From Armatimonadota bacterium (GTDB taxonomy: Bacteria; Armatimonadota; Armatimonadia; Armatimonadales; Armatimonadaceae), in assembly GCA_043754515.1 (NCBI GenBank), contig JAYUUO010000066.1, forward strand, positions 1-15,848: 15,848 nucleotides of DNA, read 5' to 3'. A program made the translations under genes and the position numbers. Position 1 is the stretch's first letter. Every line of letters begins with the position of its first letter. The notes below the pieces were generated by a model, which did not search any database, was not told where the DNA came from, and worked only from the letters and a program-made list of their open reading frames with translations. Below, piece by piece: positions 1 to 7,292 of this stretch.

Positions 1-153
1 TGGAAAGAAATGAAAGCGCATTTACGTCGGGAAGAGTATCGGTACTACGCGACGTTGCGTCCGGGAATTGAGCAAGCCTTGACGGGAGTGACAGCCGAGC
101 AAATGCGAGCGTTTTACGAACATTGTGAATACTCGCGCGAGGAACAACTTTAA
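1..153 (+). CDS. IS630-family transposase, C-terminal fragment (5' partial; intact or decayed unknown)
   Basis: Not in the ORF track. Frame +1 from base 1 reads WKEMKAHLRREEYRYYATLRPGIEQALTGVTAEQMRAFYEHCEYSREEQL*, stop TAA at 151-153. This resembles the typical IS630 C-terminus (W..lK..LR.........L...I..AL..VT......w/f..HCGY) that follows the DDE 'NPIE' motif. The region is also AT-richer than its neighbours. Confidence 0.8.
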   Translation, partial: WKEMKAHLRREEYRYYATLRPGIEQALTGVTAEQMRAFYEHCEYSREEQL

Positions 154-167
154 TTGGATTTGCCATA
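1..167 (+). mobile_element. Right end of an IS630-family insertion sequence, with putative terminal inverted repeat and TA target
   Basis: After the transposase stop the sequence ends ...CTTTAATTGGATTTGCCA-TA (TA at 166-167). On the reverse strand this reads TA-TGGCAAATCCAATTAAAG, fitting IS630/Tc1 TA-flanked ends. The left end lies outside the window, so the TIR cannot be confirmed. Confidence 0.6.
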
Positions 168-182
168 TCACATTTCGGAGTA

Positions 183-2171
183 TCACTCCGCCGTCACCGT
201 CCGCGCCCCGCCTTCCACCGCTACTGTATATCGCTTGCCGTGATACCGGACGCCCCGGATCGTGAGCGACTTCCACGACGGCGGGAGCGCGACCGGCGAC
301 TTCGTCATCGCGGCCCAGTTATCGAAGTCAACGCCGCCGAAGCCGTAGATCACGCTCTGCAACACGCCGCCCGCGCCGGTCGCGAACTCGCACCGGTCGA
401 GGCTACGCTTCTCCGAGAAGAGCAGGAAAGGACCGCGAACGAACGGGCGGTACGAGTCGTGGAAGTAGGTCTCGGCGTCTTTCGCGCGGCCGAGCCGGGC
501 CGCGATCAGAGCGTGCATGGAGGCGGTCATCGCGGGGCCGGTTTTGATCGGGCGCGGCGCGTGCAGATCAAACGTCTTCTCCGCCGTTGCCGTGTCCATC
601 GCGAGGCGGGCGGGGTAAATTACCAGTTCGCCGTCGGCTTGCTTCGTAGAGCGCAACTCGTCGGCGTCGCGGGCGAGGTACGCGCCCCTCGTTTTGTCGA
701 ACGGCAACGCCATGTTTCTAGCGACATCCGCCCACCGCGCGTCCCCCGGTTTGCCGACTATTTTCGCCGCCTTGCCCGCCGCTTCCAGGCAGTATTTGGC
801 CAGCACATTCGTGTACGTGTTGTTGTCCACCTTGCCCCGGTTTTCGTCCGGCCCGAAAACGCCCTTTATCTCGTACTTGCCGGTCGCCGCGTTTCTTTTC
901 GCGCGGGACGCCCAGTGGTCCGCGACCGCCGACAGCACCGAGTAGCCGCGCTCCTTCAGCCACGCGGCGTCGCCCGTCGCCAGGTAGTATTGCCAGACGG
1001 CGAACCCGACACCCGCCGTGACGTGCCGCTCGGTCGAAAAGCCGCTCGGCGCGGTCTCCCTGCCGGTCGCCGCCGACTCCCAGGGATAATCTGCCCCCGC
1101 GAAGCCTTCGGCGCGGGCGATGGCGCGGGCTTGCTCCAGATGCTTGAAGCGGTAGTCGAGTAGATTCTTCGCCACATCCGGGTACTGCGCGAGTAGCGCG
1201 GGGAACATCCAGACGTCGGCATCCCAGAAGATGTGCCCCTTGTAGAAGTCGCCGCTCAACGCCTCGGGCGCGACGGAATCGTCCCCGCCGACGCGCACCG
1301 ATTGCAAAAGATCGAACGCCAATTTGTGGACGAGTTGTTGCGCCTCGGGGTCGCCGTCAATTGTGATGTCCGCCGCATCCCATCGCCGCGCCCATTCGAC
1401 TTCGTGCTCTTTGAGCAGGGTGCCGAAGCCGGAGGCGAGTCCGGTCTGTGCCGCGCCGTAGGCCGCTTCTTCGGCGACCGGCCCGGTCGCGCCCTCCGCG
1501 ACGGCGTGGACCGCCGTGTAGGAGTCGGTCGCTCCGGACTCCGCGCCGAACGCGAACTCGCCGCAGATGTAACGGGTGGGAACGCCTCCCGCGCCGGGTA
1601 CCGCTTCCGACTTGCCGAGTCGCTCGCCCGCGCTTGGGGTCATTTCGTCTTTGGTGGTGCCTTTGACATGGATGACAACGAGGTTCGGCCTGGCTGCCGA
1701 CACGAACGCGGTCACTGTGCGCCCGCCGTACTCGGTGATCAGCACGCCGCGCTTGAGATCCAGCGTTTGTCGGTAGGTCTCGCCCGGCTTCGGTTCCGGT
1801 AGGCTGAGTACATGCCCGACAAGGAGTTGCTTGAGCGTCTCCCGCTCGTTATAAACCCCGGCGCGGTAGACGACGCTGTTCTTGTCGCCGGTGCCGAGTT
1901 TGCCGAAGGTCGCGCCGATAGTCCCGTTCGCGAGGTAGATGCCGTGGTTGCCGCGCACCGCGTTCGTGTCGGTTGTCGTCAGTTGCCACGGGTCGGTGTT
2001 CTGGAACGCGCCGGTCGCGGCGAGGTTTTTCACGGGCCTCCCGGCGATACCGGGCGGGCCGCCGCCGTCCGGCGTGTCGGCAGCCAGTGGGTTAGCGCGT
2101 GGGCATCCGGCGAGTAAGGGGAGAGTGCAAAGGAGGGCGTGGAGCGCGGCTATTCGGGCGGTTTTCAACAT
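183..2171 (-). CDS. Glycoside hydrolase family 65 protein (hydrolase-type: alpha-1,2-glucosidase / PGGHG / acid trehalase-like), predicted lipoprotein
   Basis: GH65 motifs YKGHIFWDADVWMFP, GADYPWES, GPDE (catalytic acid), DNNTYTN, KQAD, GPAMT, FATGAGGVLQSVIYGFGG. N-terminus MLKTARIAALHALLCTLPLLAG-C is a lipobox signal peptide. Start is ATG 2171 or ATG 2186; the ORF-track start at 2312 overlaps the upstream gene. Confidence 0.9.
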   Translation of the reverse strand: MLKTARIAALHALLCTLPLLAGCPRANPLAADTPDGGGPPGIAGRPVKNLAATGAFQNTDPWQLTTTDTNAVRGNHGIYLANGTIGATFGKLGTGDKNSVVYRAGVYNERETLKQLLVGHVLSLPEPKPGETYRQTLDLKRGVLITEYGGRTVTAFVSAARPNLVVIHVKGTTKDEMTPSAGERLGKSEAVPGAGGVPTRYICGEFAFGAESGATDSYTAVHAVAEGATGPVAEEAAYGAAQTGLASGFGTLLKEHEVEWARRWDAADITIDGDPEAQQLVHKLAFDLLQSVRVGGDDSVAPEALSGDFYKGHIFWDADVWMFPALLAQYPDVAKNLLDYRFKHLEQARAIARAEGFAGADYPWESAATGRETAPSGFSTERHVTAGVGFAVWQYYLATGDAAWLKERGYSVLSAVADHWASRAKRNAATGKYEIKGVFGPDENRGKVDNNTYTNVLAKYCLEAAGKAAKIVGKPGDARWADVARNMALPFDKTRGAYLARDADELRSTKQADGELVIYPARLAMDTATAEKTFDLHAPRPIKTGPAMTASMHALIAARLGRAKDAETYFHDSYRPFVRGPFLLFSEKRSLDRCEFATGAGGVLQSVIYGFGGVDFDNWAAMTKSPVALPPSWKSLTIRGVRYHGKRYTVAVEGGARTVTAE

Positions 2172-2184
2172 GGTTGTCGCGGGC

Positions 2185-2190
2185 ATTTTA
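2185..2190 (-). promoter_or_regulatory. Putative -10 element (TAAAAT) for the GH65 gene
   Basis: Minus strand reads GCGCGA-TAAAAT-GCCCGCGACAACC-ATG(2171) with no Shine-Dalgarno. The same context occurs upstream of the trpG/pabA gene. Confidence 0.35.
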
Positions 2191-2229
2191 TCGCGCCTTG
2201 GCGGGGACGGGTAGCGGCTTGCCGACGCT

Positions 2230-2985
2230 CTATGGCTTTTCGGCGACGAACAGCAACCGGTCCGACTTCGGGCCTGGCGTTCGCTCGCCGTAGTTGCCGT
2301 ACACAGACACATTGATCAGGCCCGCCTCCGCTAGCATTTCGCGTAGTTCCGTGGTCGTATATGCCCGCTGGAGGTGCGTTTCGTGGAACTGGCGCGCCTC
2401 GCCCGTCTGTTCGTCGCGCAGGGTGAACGCCATCTCGACGCGGCAGATGCGCGACTCGCGATCCCAGAACGACTGCCAGACATGACGCAGTGGGCCCGAT
2501 TCGGCAGTCTGTGTGAACAGGTCGTGGGACAGCGCGTAGAGCGAGTTGACGTCGAACGCGAACACCCCGCCCGGGTGAAGGTGGCGGGCGATTCGCACGA
2601 ATGCCTGCGCCAGGTCGGCGGGGTCGGTGATGTAGTTGAGCGAGTCGAAAAGGCTGACCGCGAGATCGAAGCGCGCGGCACCCAGGTCCAGAGTCGCCGC
2701 GTTTTGCACCGTGTAAGCGATCTCGCCCGCGAACCCGCGCGCGTCCGCTTTAACTCGCGCGATCTGAATCATTGAGGCCGACAGGTCAATCCCGACCACG
2801 GGTCGGTAGCCGTGCTGGTACAGGAGTTCGGTCACGATGCCGGTCCCGCACGCGACGTCGAGGGCGGAACGGGGCGTCTTGCCGCGTCGGGCGCATTCTG
2901 ACTCGATCCGGCGCAACCAGATTTCGTGCGGCACGCCGCTCATCAGCGCATCATAGATCGGGGCGACTTCGAGGTAACTAGGCAT
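2230..2985 (-). CDS. Class I SAM-dependent methyltransferase
   Basis: 251 aa; N-terminal APIYDALM, motif I LDVACGTG, VVGIDLSASMI, FDLAVSLFDSLNY, HLHPGGVFAFDV, C-terminal ETHLQRAY. Confidence 0.92.
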   Translation of the reverse strand: MPSYLEVAPIYDALMSGVPHEIWLRRIESECARRGKTPRSALDVACGTGIVTELLYQHGYRPVVGIDLSASMIQIARVKADARGFAGEIAYTVQNAATLDLGAARFDLAVSLFDSLNYITDPADLAQAFVRIARHLHPGGVFAFDVNSLYALSHDLFTQTAESGPLRHVWQSFWDRESRICRVEMAFTLRDEQTGEARQFHETHLQRAYTTTELREMLAEAGLINVSVYGNYGERTPGPKSDRLLFVAEKP

Positions 2986-3044
2986 TGGTAGAGAACGGCA
3001 CCGCCGCGTCCCTCTTTCTATCGCATAACGCGCGACGAATCACT

Positions 3045-6000
3045 CTACTTGTCCCCACGCGCCGCGCCGACCGCCTCGTCGAATGTCATCGCCCGCCCCT
3101 CCGCTTCGGCGTGGGCGATCTCGGACGGCGACAGCACCTGACGCCAGCCATTCCCGCCAGCCGTGAGGGCGCGGTCGCGCACTTCCGTGGGCAACAACGG
3201 GGCACCGCTTTCGGCAACGATCCGATCCGCGGCGGCGAATAGGCGGACCGCCTGTGTAGCCTGCCCCTTGCGCGCGGCGACCGCCGCGGCGGTCGCGAGG
3301 AGGTTGGCAACGAGGCGCGGGTTCTCCATCGGCACGGCGATATCCAGGCCCTCCCGGATACGGACGAGAGCCTGATCCGGCGCGTTCTGCTGGAGCGCGA
3401 GCGTCGCCTGATTGAGCAGAATGCAAACCGCGCCGTAGCAGTCTTTTCCCGTAAGTAGCCATGGCAATGCCTCTTCGTAATGGTCGCGTGCTCGGTCGAA
3501 GTCGCCCTGCTCGTGGGCTACCGCGCCGAGGTTGAGTAGCGCGGTGCCGACAAATTCGTCCCGGTGCCATTCGCGGGCTAGCGTGAGGGCGCGCAGGAAT
3601 CGCGCGGACGCGGCGGCGAGATCGCCCCGCTCTAAGGCAACCGTGCCCCGCGTCCCCGCGCACCGCAGGGCTTTGACGCGCTCGCCCAGCGTCTCGAATA
3701 GTGCGCCCGCCCCGGCGAGTGCCTCGTCCGCCTCGGCCAGCCGCCCCAGCCGGTATGCCGTAAAACCCGATAGGTACAACGCTTCGGCGAGAACAAGAAC
3801 CGCCGCGTCATCCCCCGGCACTCCCCCCGCCGTGTCGTGATAGCGTACGATCCCCGCCGCTAATAACTGATTGATCGGTATGTGGAGACCGCGCCAACTC
3901 CAATACCCTTCCAGGCAGATCAATATCGTCAGGGCGGCGGTGGCGTTCGCCAGCGCATCCCCACCCGCGTCTCCGATGAGATGCGTAAACGCCGCCACGC
4001 AGTTCTCCTCGTCGGCGCGGAAGTGCGCCTGTGCCGCCGCGTCCGTGGCTTTGCCTCGCGCCTCGCGCGTCGCGGCGACGAAAAACGCGGCGTGTCGGTC
4101 CGCCGTCTCCCGCCGCGCCCGCGCGTCCTCCGCGAGTTTCTCCAGGCCCCATTCCCGGACCGGCTCAAGTAGGCGAAACCGCGCCGCGCGCTCGTCCGCC
4201 GACGGAACCTGCTGCACCAGGGAATGCTCCTGAAGGCGGGCCAGTGCGTCCGCGCTGTCTTCTTCGCCCGTTACCGCCTCCGCGGCCGCGAGCGTCCACC
4301 CCCCGCGAAACACCGAGAGTCGGGCGAGAAAGGGGCGTAGTTCCGGTTCCAGCAGTTCCCACCCCCACTCGAGCGCGGCACGCAGGCTACGGTGACGCGC
4401 GGGCAGGTCGCGGCGGCGGCTGTGCAGGTCATGGGAGCGACCTTCCAGACGCTCGACGATCTGCGCTGGCGCGAGGGTACGCACCCACGCACCGGCCATT
4501 TCGAGCGCGAGCGGCAACCCCTCCAGACTGCGGCAGATCGCGCAAACGGCGGTGGCATTGCCGACTGTTAGCACGAAGTCGGGTCGCACCGAGCGTGCCC
4601 GGTCGAGGAACAGGGCAACACTCGACACCTCCTCCAGCGTGCCAATAGCGAGGGAGGAGGGGTGCGCGGGCAATGTGGCGGGCGGCACGGCAAGCGGCGC
4701 GAGTGGGAACTCCTGCTCCCCCCCTATGCCGCAAACCCTGCGCGAGGTGGCGACAACCATCAGTCTCGGTAGCCGTTCGAGCAACAGGCGTAGCAACGCG
4801 GGAATCCTCCCCCCTTCCGGCGCGCCGCCGACCAGCAAATGCTCCAGATTATCGAGGATCAGAACGCCGTCCGTGCGTAACCGCTCCGCGCCGCTAGTAG
4901 GCGTAGACATCGCGAATGGGTCGTCCTCCGCGCCAATGCCGAGTGCCTGCTGGAGTAGCGGAAGGAAAAAACGTCCGTCAGAAACGTCCGCGAGCGGGAT
5001 GTAAAACAGTTCGCGGCGGGGCTTTGATGTCGCGAGGCGTTCGGCGAGTGCGAGGACGAACCGCGTCTTCCCGACGCCGCCGACCCCGGTGATTGTGATT
5101 AATCGGGGGCGGGCGGGCGCGTCGTCCTCCGGGTCGCAGAGCGCGGCGATCCGGTCGAGCTCCGCGTCGCGCCCCCAGAGCCGGTTCAGAGCCGGTGGCA
5201 CCGGGGGGAACCTTGTCGGCGTCATAGTAATCACCGTTTCCGCCGATGCCTCCGTCGGCGGCGCGGCGGGGTCGGGCACCGCTATCGGTTCGTCACCGCT
5301 CTGCCGGGCCATCTCGGGTAGGCGTTCGCGTAGCGCGACCAGGGCGCGCGACGGCCCGCACCCCAGTTCGCGCGTGAGGAGCACGGAGAACTTGTCGAAC
5401 ACCGCCACCGCCGCCGTGACCTGCCCATCCGCCGCGCGTAGTCGCATCTCGGTCTGGTAGGAAGCCTCGTTATACGGGTCCGCCTGCCGCGCCCGTCCTA
5501 TTGTCGCCAGTGCCGCCGCATCGTCCCCGGCGAGACGTTGCGCCTCGGCGAGCGCGGCGAGAGCGGTGTGACACCGCTCGCCGAGCCGCGCCTGCTCGCC
5601 GAGAACCCACTCCTCGTAGATGTCCGGCAAGAGCGGCGCGGGGTACAGCGCGATGGCGGCTTCGAGCGCGGCGCGGCGCGCCGTCGGCATGGGAGAGCGA
5701 GCATCGGGCGCATCGAGCAACCGCTCGAACGCCGCCACGTCCACCGACGTCGCGTCCGTATTGAGCCAGACCCCGGCGCGGTCCGCCAGCATGATTTCCG
5801 CGGACGTTCCGCCGCACGCCGTGCCTTGAGGCGCGAAATGACGGCGCAGTGACGACAGACAACCGCTCAGGTTGTCGCGCCCCGCGTCGAGGGGCAGATC
5901 GGGCCAGAACAGCTCGATCAGGGCCTCGCGCGCATGGCGGCGGGGGAAGAGCGACATATATGCCAGAAGTAGCGCGGTCTTCCGGGTGCGGAAGCGAGTG

Positions 6001-6134
6001 ACTACCGCTCCGTCCGGCGTGGTCACGCGCAAACCGTCGAACAGCGCGATTTGATAGCCGTTGTATTGAGGTCCGGTGGTTCCCGTATAGTCTTTTCTCT
6101 CACTCACATCTCTTATTTGCCCGTCGCGGGGCAT
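3045..6134 (-). CDS. AfsR/SARP-family transcriptional regulator: wHTH + BTAD + NB-ARC/STAND ATPase + TPR
   Basis: N-terminal IALFDGLRV...FRTRKTALLLAYM...REALIELFWPD (OmpR-type wHTH); BTAD (SVDVAAFE, EEWVLGEQARL, DPYNEASYQTEMRL, RELGCGPS); Walker A GVGGVGKT; Walker B LILDNLEHL; GLPLALEMA; C-terminal TPRs (ALLNLGAVAHEQGDFDRARDHYEEAL). Start is likely ATG 6134 or GTG 6107; the ORF-track extension to 6431 overlaps the divergent gene. Confidence 0.92.
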   Translation of the reverse strand: MPRDGQIRDVSERKDYTGTTGPQYNGYQIALFDGLRVTTPDGAVVTRFRTRKTALLLAYMSLFPRRHAREALIELFWPDLPLDAGRDNLSGCLSSLRRHFAPQGTACGGTSAEIMLADRAGVWLNTDATSVDVAAFERLLDAPDARSPMPTARRAALEAAIALYPAPLLPDIYEEWVLGEQARLGERCHTALAALAEAQRLAGDDAAALATIGRARQADPYNEASYQTEMRLRAADGQVTAAVAVFDKFSVLLTRELGCGPSRALVALRERLPEMARQSGDEPIAVPDPAAPPTEASAETVITMTPTRFPPVPPALNRLWGRDAELDRIAALCDPEDDAPARPRLITITGVGGVGKTRFVLALAERLATSKPRRELFYIPLADVSDGRFFLPLLQQALGIGAEDDPFAMSTPTSGAERLRTDGVLILDNLEHLLVGGAPEGGRIPALLRLLLERLPRLMVVATSRRVCGIGGEQEFPLAPLAVPPATLPAHPSSLAIGTLEEVSSVALFLDRARSVRPDFVLTVGNATAVCAICRSLEGLPLALEMAGAWVRTLAPAQIVERLEGRSHDLHSRRRDLPARHRSLRAALEWGWELLEPELRPFLARLSVFRGGWTLAAAEAVTGEEDSADALARLQEHSLVQQVPSADERAARFRLLEPVREWGLEKLAEDARARRETADRHAAFFVAATREARGKATDAAAQAHFRADEENCVAAFTHLIGDAGGDALANATAALTILICLEGYWSWRGLHIPINQLLAAGIVRYHDTAGGVPGDDAAVLVLAEALYLSGFTAYRLGRLAEADEALAGAGALFETLGERVKALRCAGTRGTVALERGDLAAASARFLRALTLAREWHRDEFVGTALLNLGAVAHEQGDFDRARDHYEEALPWLLTGKDCYGAVCILLNQATLALQQNAPDQALVRIREGLDIAVPMENPRLVANLLATAAAVAARKGQATQAVRLFAAADRIVAESGAPLLPTEVRDRALTAGGNGWRQVLSPSEIAHAEAEGRAMTFDEAVGAARGDK

Positions 6135-6168
6135 ATTTCCTACCGGATTCGGCCTGAACGGGAAAAAA

Positions 6169-6215
6169 TTGCTCGGAGTGTTGCTCGGAAATCGCTCGGA
6201 GTTGCCTCGTATCAT
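6169..6215 (+). promoter_or_regulatory. Putative SARP-activated promoter: three GCTCGGA direct repeats followed by a TATCAT -10 box
   Basis: GCTCGGA at 6171, 6183 and 6194 (TTGCTCGGA, TTGCTCGGA, TCGCTCGGA; period 12 then 11 bp), covering the -35 region. TATCAT at 6210-6215 lies 8-9 bp after the last repeat. It sits in the intergenic gap next to the SARP gene. Confidence 0.7.
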
Positions 6216-6262
6216 GTGCGCGGGGTGTCCGGCGGCAAATCCCGAGCACCGTGTACAACCCG

Positions 6263-6268
6263 AAGGAG
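6263..6268 (+). promoter_or_regulatory. Shine-Dalgarno (AAGGAG) of the PEP-CTERM gene
   Basis: AAGGAG lies 8 nt upstream of ATG 6277. Confidence 0.75.
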
Positions 6269-6276
6269 TAACCCAT

Positions 6277-7248
6277 ATGACATCACTCGTTTCCCATGCC
6301 AGTCCGCGTCTCGTGGTCGCTGTTCTTGCCGTCGCCCTTTCCGCCGCCACCGCGCGGGCGCAGACCACACTGTTCCAAACCGGCTTCGAGGCGACGCAAG
6401 GCTTTAGTACCACTGTCGCGAGACCGATCACTATTTACACCGCGACCGGAACTCCCGTCCTGTTCACACCTACCCCCGGAACACTGTACGATCAAGTCGC
6501 TCCGAACGATGTTTATGGGTTCTTCTCCCCGAACACGTCGAGTGCCACCTTACAAAGTGCCGTGAATGGCGTCCGCGTCGTCAGTAACTCGGCGGCGAGC
6601 GGCACCCAATCCGTGCTATTCGATGGCACCGTTCTCGGCGCGCAGGACGTGCGCTACTCTGAAGGGAAGAGTTACAGCGTCGGGACGAACGGCGTGTTCA
6701 ACGTCGGAGTGGACATGCGTGTCTCCAACCCCAGCGCGAGCTACGGGCAGTGGGGTATAAACCTGCTTTCGCAGAACACGGGCGGCGGTTTTACCAGTGT
6801 CGCATTGGGGTTCGTCGCCGGTAGTATGCTCGCCTCGCCCGACGGCGGTGCCAGCCTGTATGCCGCGCTCAATCCGAACACCGGTGCCCCTATTGCCGCG
6901 TCCTACGGCGTCTACAACAACTACGCGATCCAGATGAACTACGCGGCGCGTGTGTTCGGCGCGACCTTCAACGGTGCGCCGGTGGGTTTCGTGCCGGTGG
7001 ACGCGGGCGGCAATCCCATCGGTAACCCGGTCGCCGCGATCCCGTTTAGCCCCGCCGCCCTGAACCGCATAGATTATGTCTCGTTCGGTCAGGTGCTACC
7101 CCGCGGCACGAGCGAGTCCGCCAACTTTGATAACCTGCGCGTGTCCGGTACCAATGTCACTGTCGTTCCCGAGGCGGGAACGCTCGCCCTCGTATTCCCC
7201 GCGCTCGGCCTGATCGGTGCCGTAGTCGCCGCCCGACGCCGCGAATAA
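6277..7248 (+). CDS. Secreted PEP-CTERM (exosortase-target) surface protein with a probable beta-sandwich domain
   Basis: 323 aa from ATG 6277. Sec signal peptide ending ATARA/QTT; Gly/Asn/Ser/Thr-rich body with QTGFE near the start and FDNLRV near the end; C-terminal VPEAGT + hydrophobic helix LALVFPALGLIGAVVAA + basic tail RRRE. Confidence 0.88.
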   Translation: MTSLVSHASPRLVVAVLAVALSAATARAQTTLFQTGFEATQGFSTTVARPITIYTATGTPVLFTPTPGTLYDQVAPNDVYGFFSPNTSSATLQSAVNGVRVVSNSAASGTQSVLFDGTVLGAQDVRYSEGKSYSVGTNGVFNVGVDMRVSNPSASYGQWGINLLSQNTGGGFTSVALGFVAGSMLASPDGGASLYAALNPNTGAPIAASYGVYNNYAIQMNYAARVFGATFNGAPVGFVPVDAGGNPIGNPVAAIPFSPAALNRIDYVSFGQVLPRGTSESANFDNLRVSGTNVTVVPEAGTLALVFPALGLIGAVVAARRRE

Positions 7249-7292
7249 AGCCGCCCGCGTATTTCTACACCGACATACACAAAGGAAAACCT

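Noticed and set aside
22..276. 84-aa minus-strand ORF
   Set aside because: Overlaps the GH65 end and lies antisense to the better-supported IS630 transposase tail.
240..1163. 307-aa plus-strand ORF (and 1233-1802) opposite GH65
   Set aside because: Arg-rich antisense shadow with no recognisable domain.
2230..6134. Secondary-metabolite cluster suggested by a SARP regulator plus methyltransferases
   Set aside because: No PKS, NRPS, RiPP, terpene or other scaffold-forming genes in the window.
6158..6173. Possible sigma54 -24/-12 promoter (GGGAAAAAATTGC)
   Set aside because: GG-to-GC spacing is not the required 10 nt and there is no TGGCAC context. I found no convincing sigma54 promoter in the intergenic regions I examined.
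6169..6201. Short repeats considered as a CRISPR array or VNTR
   Set aside because: Units are 7-9 bp with 2-5 bp spacers and no cas genes are present; the geometry fits a transcription-factor site.
6135..6431. ORF-track N-terminal extensions of the SARP regulator (to 6431) and of the PEP-CTERM gene (from 6169)
   Set aside because: They would overlap each other and the promoter repeats. Domain boundaries, the SD and the signal peptide support starts at ~6134/6107 and 6277.
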